Shown here piece by piece: positions 39,356-47,898 of a stretch of DNA of 64,000 bases. Source of the DNA: Promethearchaeota archaeon (lineage in GTDB: Archaea > Asgardarchaeota > Lokiarchaeia > Sigyniarchaeales > SOKP01); NCBI GenBank assembly GCA_019057795.1, contig JAHLWS010000073.1, positions 64,001 through 128,000 of the forward strand. The letters run 5' to 3'. The stretch's first letter is position 1. Each line of letters starts with the position of its first letter. The translations under genes and the position numbers were made by a program. Under the pieces are notes generated by a model. It was not told where the DNA came from and did not search any database. It worked only from the letters and a program-made list of their open reading frames with translations.

Positions 39356-39628
39356 ATGAGCGTATACGATATTGGAAGAATTTGCGTTAAAACTATGGGA
39401 AGGGAAGCCGGAAACTATTGCGTTGTCGTCGATATCATCGATAAAAATTATATTTTAGTTGATGGTTTGGGAATTCGCCGAAGAAGAGTAAATTATAAAC
39501 ATATAGAACCGACAACAGACACGATTGAAATCAAAAAAGGTGCTTCACATGAGAATGTCGAAACTGCTATTAAAAAAGCAAAATTAGAAAAAAAAATGAA
39601 AGAGACAGTTTCCATTCCTACAAAATAG
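39356..39628 (+). CDS. rpl14e: 50S ribosomal protein eL14
   Basis: IGRICVKTMGREAG..CVVVDIID.NYILVDG..RRRRVN.KHIEPT. Confidence 0.96.
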   Translation: MSVYDIGRICVKTMGREAGNYCVVVDIIDKNYILVDGLGIRRRRVNYKHIEPTTDTIEIKKGASHENVETAIKKAKLEKKMKETVSIPTK

Positions 39629-39709
39629 TTATTTAACTTCTAAAAAACCATAAAAATAGAAATATTGCTGAGCGTCGCCATTGTGCGTCGTTAGCGCTAA
39701 TTTTTTTTT

Positions 39710-39812
39710 GCAGACATTGCCTAGCCTGGTACGGCGCCGGCTTGGAGCGGAAAAACGGTCCCAGAAAGCCGGTGTGTGAAAGCATCCGAGGGTTCGAATC
39801 CCTCTGTCTGCG
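39710..39812 (+). tRNA. tRNA-Ser (GGA) with a canonical 19-nt 37/38 BHB intron (39748-39766)
   Basis: Acceptor GCAGACA/TGTCTGC + G73, long variable arm, T-loop TTCGAAT; BHB helix TTGG/CCAG with bulges AG^C and AA^A. Confidence 0.93.
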
Positions 39813-39869
39813 CTTTATTACTTATAGAAATAAGGAAAGTAATAGAATCAAAAAATCTCTTTTATTAAT

Positions 39870-40544
39870 TTAAACGTCAGGAAATTCCATAGCTTTAGCT
39901 TTCCCACCACCCATCATCTGCTCCATTCCTCCCGATGCTTGTGTCTGTAATTTAAAAATTCTTTGAAGAAGCGTGTTCACACCAAAACTACATAGAAAAT
40001 ACCAAGCAGTAAAATTTATCCAACCAGCTTCTAATCTAATAGTTCTGGCAACGCCGTACACAAGGGCAGTCCAGGGATATACCGTAGAACCCGTAGTACC
40101 CGCCATCATGTTGCCTATGAGCACTACATCGTTAGCATTCATTGGAGACAACGCAATGGGGTTATTCAAGAAAACTCCTCTTACTACTGTAAATATGATT
40201 ATCATTGGAACGAATGTTATGCAACTGGGCAACATGCGCCTTAAAGCCATTTTCTGCTGTGATTGTTTTACCATCGAATCCAATCTTTCCCACCTCTTTC
40301 TTAACTTGTTATATTTTTCTGGATCCGTTTCAGATAATTCAATGATTTTTGCTTTTTCTTCGTCATGAGCCTTTTTTATAACTTGTTTTCTATTAATTTC
40401 ATCAGTATCAATTAACCATTTAGTTAGTCCAGTACTAATTACTGCCGTTATAGAAGCCATTAATAATATAAAAATCATGGACCCAGGCGGGAAGCTAATC
40501 CAATCTAAAAAAGCATTTGATCCTTGTAATAATAAGAAAAGCAT
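39870..40544 (-). CDS. DUF106 / EMC3-TMCO1 (Oxa1 superfamily) membrane insertase
   Basis: TM, cytosolic coiled coil, P..ITFVPMIIIF, WYFLCSF; directly downstream of secY. Confidence 0.88.
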   Translation of the reverse strand: MLFLLLQGSNAFLDWISFPPGSMIFILLMASITAVISTGLTKWLIDTDEINRKQVIKKAHDEEKAKIIELSETDPEKYNKLRKRWERLDSMVKQSQQKMALRRMLPSCITFVPMIIIFTVVRGVFLNNPIALSPMNANDVVLIGNMMAGTTGSTVYPWTALVYGVARTIRLEAGWINFTAWYFLCSFGVNTLLQRIFKLQTQASGGMEQMMGGGKAKAMEFPDV

Positions 40545-40641
40545 AGTTATATTGAAGTAATCTTAATAATTTTTTAAACTTTTCAGATTAAAATTTTATA
40601 ATAAAAAAATGTGTTACCATTTCTTTTGGAGAAGATTCTCA

Positions 40642-42096
40642 TCAATCCATGCCTAAGAAAGCGCGCATGCCCGGATATTGCTGTGCCGCCATTTCTTTTG
40701 CAATTTGCTCAGAGTATTGATGCACGATGCCTATAGCTATCAAAAGTCCCGTGCCTGAAGTCAACGCACCTAGCGAATCTGCGAAGAAACTCATTACTGC
40801 GATTATAATGCCGTTTATAATGATCAAAGTTGGAATATATCGCTTTAAAATCCGCTCAATTATTTTGTCCGAACTTCGAAATCCGGGAATCTGCATCCCA
40901 GAATCTATTATTTGCTGGGCTATATCGCGCGGCGCAAGTCCTGAGACTTCGACCCAAATCTTACCGAGCATAATGCACAGAAATATAAATATAATTAGAT
41001 ATATTATTGCTTTGAAGGGGTCAGCTAGTAACTCCAACAATCCTTGAGGAGGGGTAAGGTAATAAAGTAAACACCCTGGTAGTGGGACTAAATAATCACC
41101 ACCTCCCCCCGTTGGAACACTGTCGAATTTACCTATTAAATCAAGGAACCATCTAGTATCGTCATTTCTAAAACCAGAATTAGGTCCAGCAATCATTTGC
41201 CCGAAAAATAGAAAATTGGCGTATAGGGCGTTAACTAAAATAACAGGGATATTTGAAACATATAGTAACTTCATTGGATATTTCCCCTTGAAACCTCTAT
41301 ACCCTTTATAGGCTAACGGAATTTCGACTCTAGTAGACTCGAACCAAATAACTATTAGAAATATGCCTAAAGTCGTAATTCCTCCAAAAATGGAAGGTAG
41401 TCGGTCATGCCTCCAAAACAGTTCAGCTGTATCTATATTAGGATTCGTCAAAGATTGAATGAAAGCAATAACAATTCCTCTTGCTTCATTAGTTTCACCT
41501 ACTCCAATAAAACTAAATAAATTCCAAAATATTTGTCCAGCAACACCCGTAGCGATAAATAAGGAGATTCCGCTTCCAATTCCCCAACCTTTTTGTAGTA
41601 ACTCATCGAGTAAGATAATGACGACTCCAGAAAAAAGTAATTGCAAAAATATAAACGTCATAGCCTGAAGGTCTAACGGTCCAAAAGCACCTCCGATTAT
41701 ATATGCGATGATATTGAACACAGTCAAAAACATTGCGAATACTTTTTGAGAACCGCTAAACATAGCCCGATCGTATGGATCGCTCAAATCAACTTTTATG
41801 ATTTTGGAACCTAAGAGTAATTGCATTATTAATCCTGCCGTTACTATTGGGCCTATACCTAATTCTGTAAGCGTACCTTTCTGACTTGCTAAAATAACTC
41901 TTAACCAATAATAATAATCTGTGGTGGCTTGAGTGGTTACTCCATAAAGCGGAATATTTGACATTATTAAATATATTATTAATGCGAGCCCTGTCCACAT
42001 TAACTTTTCTTTGAAACTTACTTCTCTCTGAGGCTGTTTGATTTCAGGCATTACCCGTACAAAAGGAGAGAAGAATTTGAGGAATTTTCCGGTCAT
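40642..42096 (-). CDS. secY: Preprotein translocase SecY/Sec61alpha
   Basis: FKEKLMWT, GTLTELGIGPIVTAG, DELLQKGWGIGSGISLFIA, YPMKLLYVSNIP, IPGFRS. Confidence 0.98.
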   Translation of the reverse strand: MTGKFLKFFSPFVRVMPEIKQPQREVSFKEKLMWTGLALIIYLIMSNIPLYGVTTQATTDYYYWLRVILASQKGTLTELGIGPIVTAGLIMQLLLGSKIIKVDLSDPYDRAMFSGSQKVFAMFLTVFNIIAYIIGGAFGPLDLQAMTFIFLQLLFSGVVIILLDELLQKGWGIGSGISLFIATGVAGQIFWNLFSFIGVGETNEARGIVIAFIQSLTNPNIDTAELFWRHDRLPSIFGGITTLGIFLIVIWFESTRVEIPLAYKGYRGFKGKYPMKLLYVSNIPVILVNALYANFLFFGQMIAGPNSGFRNDDTRWFLDLIGKFDSVPTGGGGDYLVPLPGCLLYYLTPPQGLLELLADPFKAIIYLIIFIFLCIMLGKIWVEVSGLAPRDIAQQIIDSGMQIPGFRSSDKIIERILKRYIPTLIIINGIIIAVMSFFADSLGALTSGTGLLIAIGIVHQYSEQIAKEMAAQQYPGMRAFLGMD

Positions 42097-42359
42097 AGTT
42101 TATCAGCACAAAACCTTTAGTGAGTATAATCCTTTTTAGTTAAAATAAAAGTTTCTCAGTTTAGAAATGTAACTTAAAAAAAAATGAATTTAAAAAAAAC
42201 TTTTTGATTTAATAAGTTCGTTTAAGCAGATATTTTGTTTCTTTATATAATTCAAAAACATTATCGTTAAAAAATAGTAGAAAAAAAATAATTTAAAAAA
42301 ATTTTGAAATAAATTTTGCTTATACTTTTGCTTTGTTTTGCTGAAGAGTCTTAACCCGT

Positions 42360-42659
42360 TTAAAATAACGAGCCAATTCCCGTAGGTTCTTCCTCAACTT
42401 CTTCTTCCTTTTCCTTCTTCTTTTTCTTGGAGGCTGCTTTTGCAGACACTGAAGAAGCAACCGGAGCGGCCATCACTGGAGCTGCGGCGGCAGAACTGAT
42501 TATTGATTCAATGTCAGCCTCCTTAAGCCCTGCTACTACTTTTGTAAGTTGAGCTTTATCAACAGTTACATCTACAGCTTTTAATATCTTTTCGATGTTT
42601 GCTTCTGTAATTTTCTTATTTGCTTTGTTAAGCAGTAACGCAGCATATATTGATTCCAT
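42360..42659 (-). CDS. rpl12: Ribosomal stalk protein P1 (aL12)
   Basis: IYAALLL, Ala-rich hinge, acidic tail GIGSLF. Confidence 0.95.
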   Translation of the reverse strand: MESIYAALLLNKANKKITEANIEKILKAVDVTVDKAQLTKVVAGLKEADIESIISSAAAAPVMAAPVASSVSAKAASKKKKKEKEEEVEEEPTGIGSLF

Positions 42660-42732
42660 CTTTTATACCTCTTTTTTTTTATCCAATTATTATTAAAATT
42701 TGTGTTTATTTATTTTATTTAAAAAAATTAAT

Positions 42733-43689
42733 TTAATTACCAAATAAGCCTCCAATTCCAACTTCTTCTTCCTCATCTTCTTCTTTTTTGCCTTCTTCTT
42801 TCTTAGTTGAAACATGTAGGTCTTCTCCAAGTACTATAGCCTTGATAGTGATAGCATTTGATACGGCTTTTCGGATATATTCGTCCCTCATATCGTCAAA
42901 ATAAACAGGTAATTCAAAAAGAATTCCAAGAGCCTCTCGGTGTGCTTTTTGGATTAACGGTTCAATCGTTTCTTTATCGATAATGCCTAGTTCTAAAGCC
43001 AAACTTCGTGCGCCGAAGTACGCAAATGCAAGCTCTTGTTGGAATTGTTCCATATCCATATACAGAATTTCCTCAGGAATTATTTCACCGTCGCTCCACG
43101 CGTAATGGATTTTAATAAGCGATTTAATTGGAGCTACACCTAACTTCTTTAAGACTGCTGCCTGTTTTACGTTAACGTAATCTCCAGCTGAGTGCGTTCG
43201 CGTATCTTCTCTAACCCAAATCGTATCGTTCTGGATTTTGGTTGGAAGCCGGAGCGTCATGTTTAATTCACTGATAACTTGTCCCGTGGGCAATCCTGTG
43301 TCCCCCTCAGTAACCCAAATATCTACTGGCGTTATCTCGTTAGGTTTAGCAGAGACCATCCATTCATTTTCATTAAATATATTCTTTAATTCAAAGATAT
43401 CTATGTTGGTAAAACATAATGCGGATTGTCCTGAAATTTTTTCGGCGAGTTCATCTAAGTTGTCTTTTTTAGAATCGTGTTTATACTGTTCTACGGCTCT
43501 TAGTTGAAGCTTCTTTTTTGACATTCTTATGATTGCTTTCCCTCTTAAGATTTTTCGCATCTCTTGAATTTGCTTGTCGTTTAATTTAGCAACTTCTATT
43601 ACAGCAATGTTTTTATGTTTTTTAAACAAATCAACTAAATGAACAACTTCATCCAATTTCCATTGATGTATTTCTTTTTTTCTGATCAC
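42733..43689 (-). CDS. rpl10: Ribosomal protein uL10 (P0)
   Basis: QWKLDEV, QEMRKILRG, GDTGL, LKKLGV.P, C-terminal EEEVGIGGLFG. Confidence 0.95.
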   Translation of the reverse strand: MIRKKEIHQWKLDEVVHLVDLFKKHKNIAVIEVAKLNDKQIQEMRKILRGKAIIRMSKKKLQLRAVEQYKHDSKKDNLDELAEKISGQSALCFTNIDIFELKNIFNENEWMVSAKPNEITPVDIWVTEGDTGLPTGQVISELNMTLRLPTKIQNDTIWVREDTRTHSAGDYVNVKQAAVLKKLGVAPIKSLIKIHYAWSDGEIIPEEILYMDMEQFQQELAFAYFGARSLALELGIIDKETIEPLIQKAHREALGILFELPVYFDDMRDEYIRKAVSNAITIKAIVLGEDLHVSTKKEEGKKEEDEEEEVGIGGLFGN

Positions 43690-43693
43690 TATT

Positions 43694-44422
43694 TTACACC
43701 TCTATACCCTTCAAAAACTGTTCATCAATTTTTATTGGATGCCCCATTGTAGTTTTTAAAAACATAGATTTAATATTGTTATATTTATGAGGCATCTGAT
43801 CAGCAACGTACTCAACGACAGCTTTCATGTTTTCAAATATTTTATCCTTATCCATAGATTTTTTTCCTACTTTAACTTGAATACTTGGTTGCTTCTTTAA
43901 TTGAATTCGAATAACTTTTAAGTATCTCTCAATTGCCACGTTTAAATCACTCGGATTGGAAATAATACCATATCCACTTGGGAAAGGTTTCGGCATTTTA
44001 CCTAGCGGTCCAAGGAATCTCGCTAAATATCGAGCTACATTTGGCATCATTTTGTCTTCTACTACGAAGAAATTGTATTTCTTTACAAATTTTTTCTTAT
44101 ACTTTTTTTCTTCGTTATTTAGTTTGATTAAACCGTCTTTATCCATTGTTTCGAGCCCAAGATTCTTAGCTTCAAGAAGTATCTCGTCTGACGCAATTAC
44201 GCAGATGTTAGGCCTATCTTTAGTTATTATGTTATTAGGTAGGATTATTTCCTTATCGATCCTCTGCTTAGGGTCCTTGAGGTTAATGTCTTTCAAATTC
44301 ATAATGAGGTCAATTGATTCGTCAAATTTCCTGACTTTATCTTTAAAGCCTTCCTTTTTAATAATCGAATGTTTAATTGCAGCATCTAACGATTTTTTTA
44401 ATAGTTTGTCATCAATTTTCAT
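43694..44422 (-). CDS. rpl1: 50S ribosomal protein uL1
   Basis: RKFDESIDL..NLKDI, LGPLGKMPKP, VKVGK, NIKSMFLKTTMG. Confidence 0.96.
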   Translation of the reverse strand: MKIDDKLLKKSLDAAIKHSIIKKEGFKDKVRKFDESIDLIMNLKDINLKDPKQRIDKEIILPNNIITKDRPNICVIASDEILLEAKNLGLETMDKDGLIKLNNEEKKYKKKFVKKYNFFVVEDKMMPNVARYLARFLGPLGKMPKPFPSGYGIISNPSDLNVAIERYLKVIRIQLKKQPSIQVKVGKKSMDKDKIFENMKAVVEYVADQMPHKYNNIKSMFLKTTMGHPIKIDEQFLKGIEV

Positions 44423-44425
44423 TTT

Positions 44426-44981
44426 TTACAGCTCCCCCTTTATCATGTCGTCATATTCTCCATTCTCAATCTTTTTCTGAATTACTCGCGGGTCCTCGCC
44501 TTCTATTGTGGCTCCAATTGACAACACTGTCCCTATTACGGTCTTTACAGCAGTTTTGAAGGTTTTATCTAAAAAGATATCTTTTTTAGCGTTAGTAACG
44601 TTAACTACCTGTTCAAGAGTTAAATCTCCAATTTTTTCCTCAGAACTATTCGAACTCCCTTTTTCAGCGCCTAATTCTTTTAAAAGTAGTGAAGCTGTAC
44701 TTGGCGTCTCTACGAATATCTCAAACTGTTTTGTCTCAGGATCGCATTCGATTCTAACGGGTACCGTTAAACCTTTAAAAAGCATGGTTTTTTCGTTAAC
44801 TGCGTCCACTACGTCCTTGATGTTTGCATAGGAAATCGATTCAATTTCCGTTTATGCCAGTAGGACCTACAGCGGGACCTTTACATAAATAAAGCGATTT
44901 GCTTTATGTAATAGGCGGTCCTCCGCTCGCAGATCCCCCTGTAACTAGTGCCTTAACAATGATTTTGTTTGTTTTACTCAT
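44426..44981 (-). CDS. rpl11: 50S ribosomal protein uL11, spliced: exons 44981-44911, 44880-44852, 44823-44426 (165 aa)
   Basis: Spliced product MSKTNKIIVKALVTGGSASGGPPIGPAVGPTGINIKDVVDAVNEKTMLFKGLTVPVRI...; exons 71+29+398=498 nt; GAGG SD; first gene of L11-L1-P0-P1. Confidence 0.93.
44824..44851 (-). other. rpl11 intron 2 (28 nt, BHB, frame-shifting)
   Basis: Perfect central helix GCAT/ATGC, bulges AA^A and AA^A, inner helix GGAAATTG/CGATTTCC, outer helix GTCCT..TG/CA...AGGAC. Confidence 0.88.
44881..44910 (-). other. rpl11 intron 1 (30 nt, BHB, contains in-frame TAA)
   Basis: Outer helix GGACC/GGTCC, central helix GCCT/ATGT (one mismatch), bulges AT^T and AA^A, inner helix ATAAAGC/GCTTTAT. 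Confidence 0.85.
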
Positions 44982-45324
44982 TTTCCTCGTCAAAAATTTT
45001 TATTTAAATTTTATACTCAAAATTAGTGATTTAAAGGCTAAGAAACATAAAAATAACGCATAATCTTTCGACTTTATTCATTCCAATATCTTTTTTATAT
45101 TGAAACCGTATTATTATTACGTTCTAAGTCCTTCAAAAAACTAATTTTGAACTTAGTGTTTTTTAAAAATGAAATGAAATTAAAAAATTTTATGAAAATT
45201 ATTATTTTTTGTTGACATGTATTTATTTATCTAATTAATAATATCATTAATTGAGAAACAAATAGAGTAATTATAGAACTAAATCTATTCAAATTTTAAG
45301 AACATTAAAGGGAAAGGTTGAAAG

Positions 45325-46170
45325 ATGATCCTTTGGATATTAAATAGTGATTCGGGCATTAAATTGTTATATAAATCCTTTTTGAAAACAGACGCTGATG
45401 AGGATATCGTTTCTGGATTCTTAACGGCCTTTCACCATTTCTCTATGGAAGAGTTTCACCAATCACTGGAATCTATAGAAATGGGTGGATTAAGGTGGAT
45501 ATATATATTGGAACCAAAATTCAAATTGCTTTTCGTTGCTGCTGGTATAAAAAGTACTAAAACGGGGATTTTGATGGGTAGACTTAACGTTATAAAAGAG
45601 TCTTTTATAAAAGAATTCAAGCCAGTTTGGATAAAAAAAGGACATAGTTGGAATGGAAATATGAATGTTTATTTACCATTTCTTAAAGTAATTGAAGATT
45701 ATTACGGCCAATGGGAGGAAGTAGAATCAATAAGTCAAGTAGCGGACTTTTTTGATATTTTAGGAGTATTTCAACAAATTTTTATTATTTTGAGAAGTAT
45801 CTTAGAAAATAAAATGTATACCAAATCAAAAAACATAATTTTACAGAAAATAGAAGAAGTATTTAAGAAATTTAGAGAACAAGAGAAATTTAAAAACCAA
45901 CCCGAATTTGAAAATATTACATTTTCAAAAGAGAATTGGTTCAACATAATAGATATCAATTTGTTGAAATGTGAAAAGGAAGTCATTACTACATATTTAA
46001 AGTCTATTCTTTACGAGACCGTTCAAATTTTAAAGGAAGTAAAAGGGAAAAATTTGTGTTTGAAGTATTTTAGTGAAGAAAGAATTTATACCTATATTTT
46101 TAATAATATGGAATTATTGGGAGATTTGGGGTTAGATATGTATTTATTAGAACTGTTTTTGTTAATCTAA
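45325..46170 (+). CDS. Hypothetical protein with N-terminal longin-like domain
   Basis: ILWIL..DSGIKLLYK.F...DEDIVSGFLTAF..F..E...LESIEMGG...Y, typical of Asgard longin/roadblock-like domains. Confidence 0.65.
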   Translation: MILWILNSDSGIKLLYKSFLKTDADEDIVSGFLTAFHHFSMEEFHQSLESIEMGGLRWIYILEPKFKLLFVAAGIKSTKTGILMGRLNVIKESFIKEFKPVWIKKGHSWNGNMNVYLPFLKVIEDYYGQWEEVESISQVADFFDILGVFQQIFIILRSILENKMYTKSKNIILQKIEEVFKKFREQEKFKNQPEFENITFSKENWFNIIDINLLKCEKEVITTYLKSILYETVQILKEVKGKNLCLKYFSEERIYTYIFNNMELLGDLGLDMYLLELFLLI

Positions 46171-46210
46171 ATTTAAGTACAAAAGCCTTTATGACTTCTT
46201 TGTATTTAAC

Positions 46211-46414
46211 TTAGAATCTACAACATAAACGACGACCAAAATCGAGATTATGTTTCAGATATTCATTAGATAGTATTTTCATAACTTTTTCATAATCTAG
46301 TTGAGTATTATAATCCTTATTGACCATTTCAGGAATATGTTCAATTTCTATTCCTGGAATACATACTAATCTAAATATCTCTTTCTTTACTTCTTCAGAT
46401 ATATCTTCAGTCAT
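46211..46414 (-). CDS. Small hypothetical protein
   Basis: 67-aa ATG ORF with protein-like composition, ending RRLCCRF. Confidence 0.55.
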   Translation of the reverse strand: MTEDISEEVKKEIFRLVCIPGIEIEHIPEMVNKDYNTQLDYEKVMKILSNEYLKHNLDFGRRLCCRF

Positions 46415-46536
46415 ATAATAATAAATATTTTTTTGATTAGAAAAAGATTATCGAAAATTTGCATAATTTAGCTATAAATAATAATAATCTGTATCTTTAG
46501 GAATTTTAAATTTAAATAGAAGTCTAAAATAATTTG

Positions 46537-47214
46537 CTATTTCCGTTCTAAAATAACTTCATGGGTAATGGTACCTATTTTCTCTATAGAAGCTTCCAGG
46601 ATATCTCCCGGTTGTATTGGACCTATTCCGCTTGGAGTGCCCGTTGCGATTATATCTCCTCTTTGCAAAGTAACGAACTTCGATAAATATTCTAAAATTT
46701 GAGGGATTTTAAATAACATATGTTTCGTATTAGAAAATTGTTTGGTTTGCCCGTTAAGCTTTAATTGAATTGTTAGGTTATGTGGGTCCTTAATTTCGCT
46801 GCTTGGAACAATTATTGGTCCTATCGGTCCAAAAGTATCGAAATTTTTGCTTCTATACCATGGTAAATTTATATTTCTATCGCTTTTTTGCATAATTCTC
46901 GCAGTTAAATCCAGAAAAATTGTATATCCTTGGATGTAATCGAAAGCGTTATCAACCGAGATGTTTTTACATGTTTGGAAAATAACAAAAGCTAGTTCCA
47001 CTTCGTGATCTACTCGATTATAAATCTGACTTTCATACAAAATTTTAGGATAAATAATTGGTTTATTATCAGTTACTAGCGTATTAAGTGTTTTAACAAA
47101 AAATACTGGTTCCGTAGGAATTGGAGCATTTGTTTCTCTAATATGATCCAAATAGTTCCGTCCTAGACATACAATTTTGGTTGGATTTATATTACTATTG
47201 CCAATTTTTACCAT
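46537..47214 (-). CDS. Fumarylacetoacetate hydrolase family protein
   Basis: KIVCLGRNYLDH, DHEVELA, DLTAR, KNFDTFGPIGP, GDIIATGTP. Confidence 0.93.
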   Translation of the reverse strand: MVKIGNSNINPTKIVCLGRNYLDHIRETNAPIPTEPVFFVKTLNTLVTDNKPIIYPKILYESQIYNRVDHEVELAFVIFQTCKNISVDNAFDYIQGYTIFLDLTARIMQKSDRNINLPWYRSKNFDTFGPIGPIIVPSSEIKDPHNLTIQLKLNGQTKQFSNTKHMLFKIPQILEYLSKFVTLQRGDIIATGTPSGIGPIQPGDILEASIEKIGTITHEVILERK

Positions 47215-47898
47215 TTAAGTCAACTCCTTCTCTAATACAACTTTATTTGTCAAAGTACCAATTTTTTCGATCGATGCTTCTATCAGATCTCCAGGTTTGA
47301 TTGGTCCTATGCCTGCGGGTGTTCCAGTTGCTATAATATCTCCTGGTTCCATAGTAAAAAATTTTGAAATATTTTCTAAAAGCTCCGGAACTTTAAACAA
47401 CAAATATTTAGTATTCGATAATTGTTTAGTCTCTCCATTTACTTTTAACTCAATTTTGAGATCATGAGGATCTTTAATTTCAGAAAGACTTACAATTCTA
47501 GGGCCAATTGGACCGAAAGTATCTAATGATTTAGAGCGAAACCAAGGTAATTTTGAAACTATATCTTTAGTTTGTATCTTCCGTGCAGTTATATCGTTAA
47601 ATACAGTATAACCTAAAATGTGATCGTAAGCTTGACTTGCACTCACATATTTACATCTATCTTTAACGATAAATGCTAGTTCTACTTCAAAATCAATTCG
47701 ATTGTATTTACGGTTACTAAATATCCAGTTTGGATAAATAATTGGTTCACCATCCCCTATAAGACAATTTAATGTTTTTGGAAAAAGAACGGGTTCTTTT
47801 GGTATTTCTGACTTTGTTTCTTCAATGTGATCCAAATAATTCGTACCAATACATATTATTTTTGTAGGGCTAATCGTCTTTTCTCCAATTTTTATAAT
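47215..47898 (-). CDS. Fumarylacetoacetate hydrolase family protein (tandem paralog); probable non-canonical ATT start at 47898
   Basis: The frame extends upstream of the ORF-track start as (I)IKIGEKTISPTKIICIGTNYLDH, colinear with the paralog's MVKIGNSNINPTKIVCLGRNYLDH; SD GGAGTGA and an in-frame stop lie just upstream. Confidence 0.88.
   Translation of the reverse strand: MIKIGEKTISPTKIICIGTNYLDHIEETKSEIPKEPVLFPKTLNCLIGDGEPIIYPNWIFSNRKYNRIDFEVELAFIVKDRCKYVSASQAYDHILGYTVFNDITARKIQTKDIVSKLPWFRSKSLDTFGPIGPRIVSLSEIKDPHDLKIELKVNGETKQLSNTKYLLFKVPELLENISKFFTMEPGDIIATGTPAGIGPIKPGDLIEASIEKIGTLTNKVVLEKELT

Noticed and set aside
44426-44809. ORF-track 127-aa uL11 read as the real gene, or rpl11 read as a pseudogene or sequencing frameshift
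   Set aside because: It lacks the conserved N-terminal GPPxGP region, which is present upstream in two pieces. The interruptions are structured 28-30-nt BHB inserts, not homopolymer indels, and the rest of the gene is intact.
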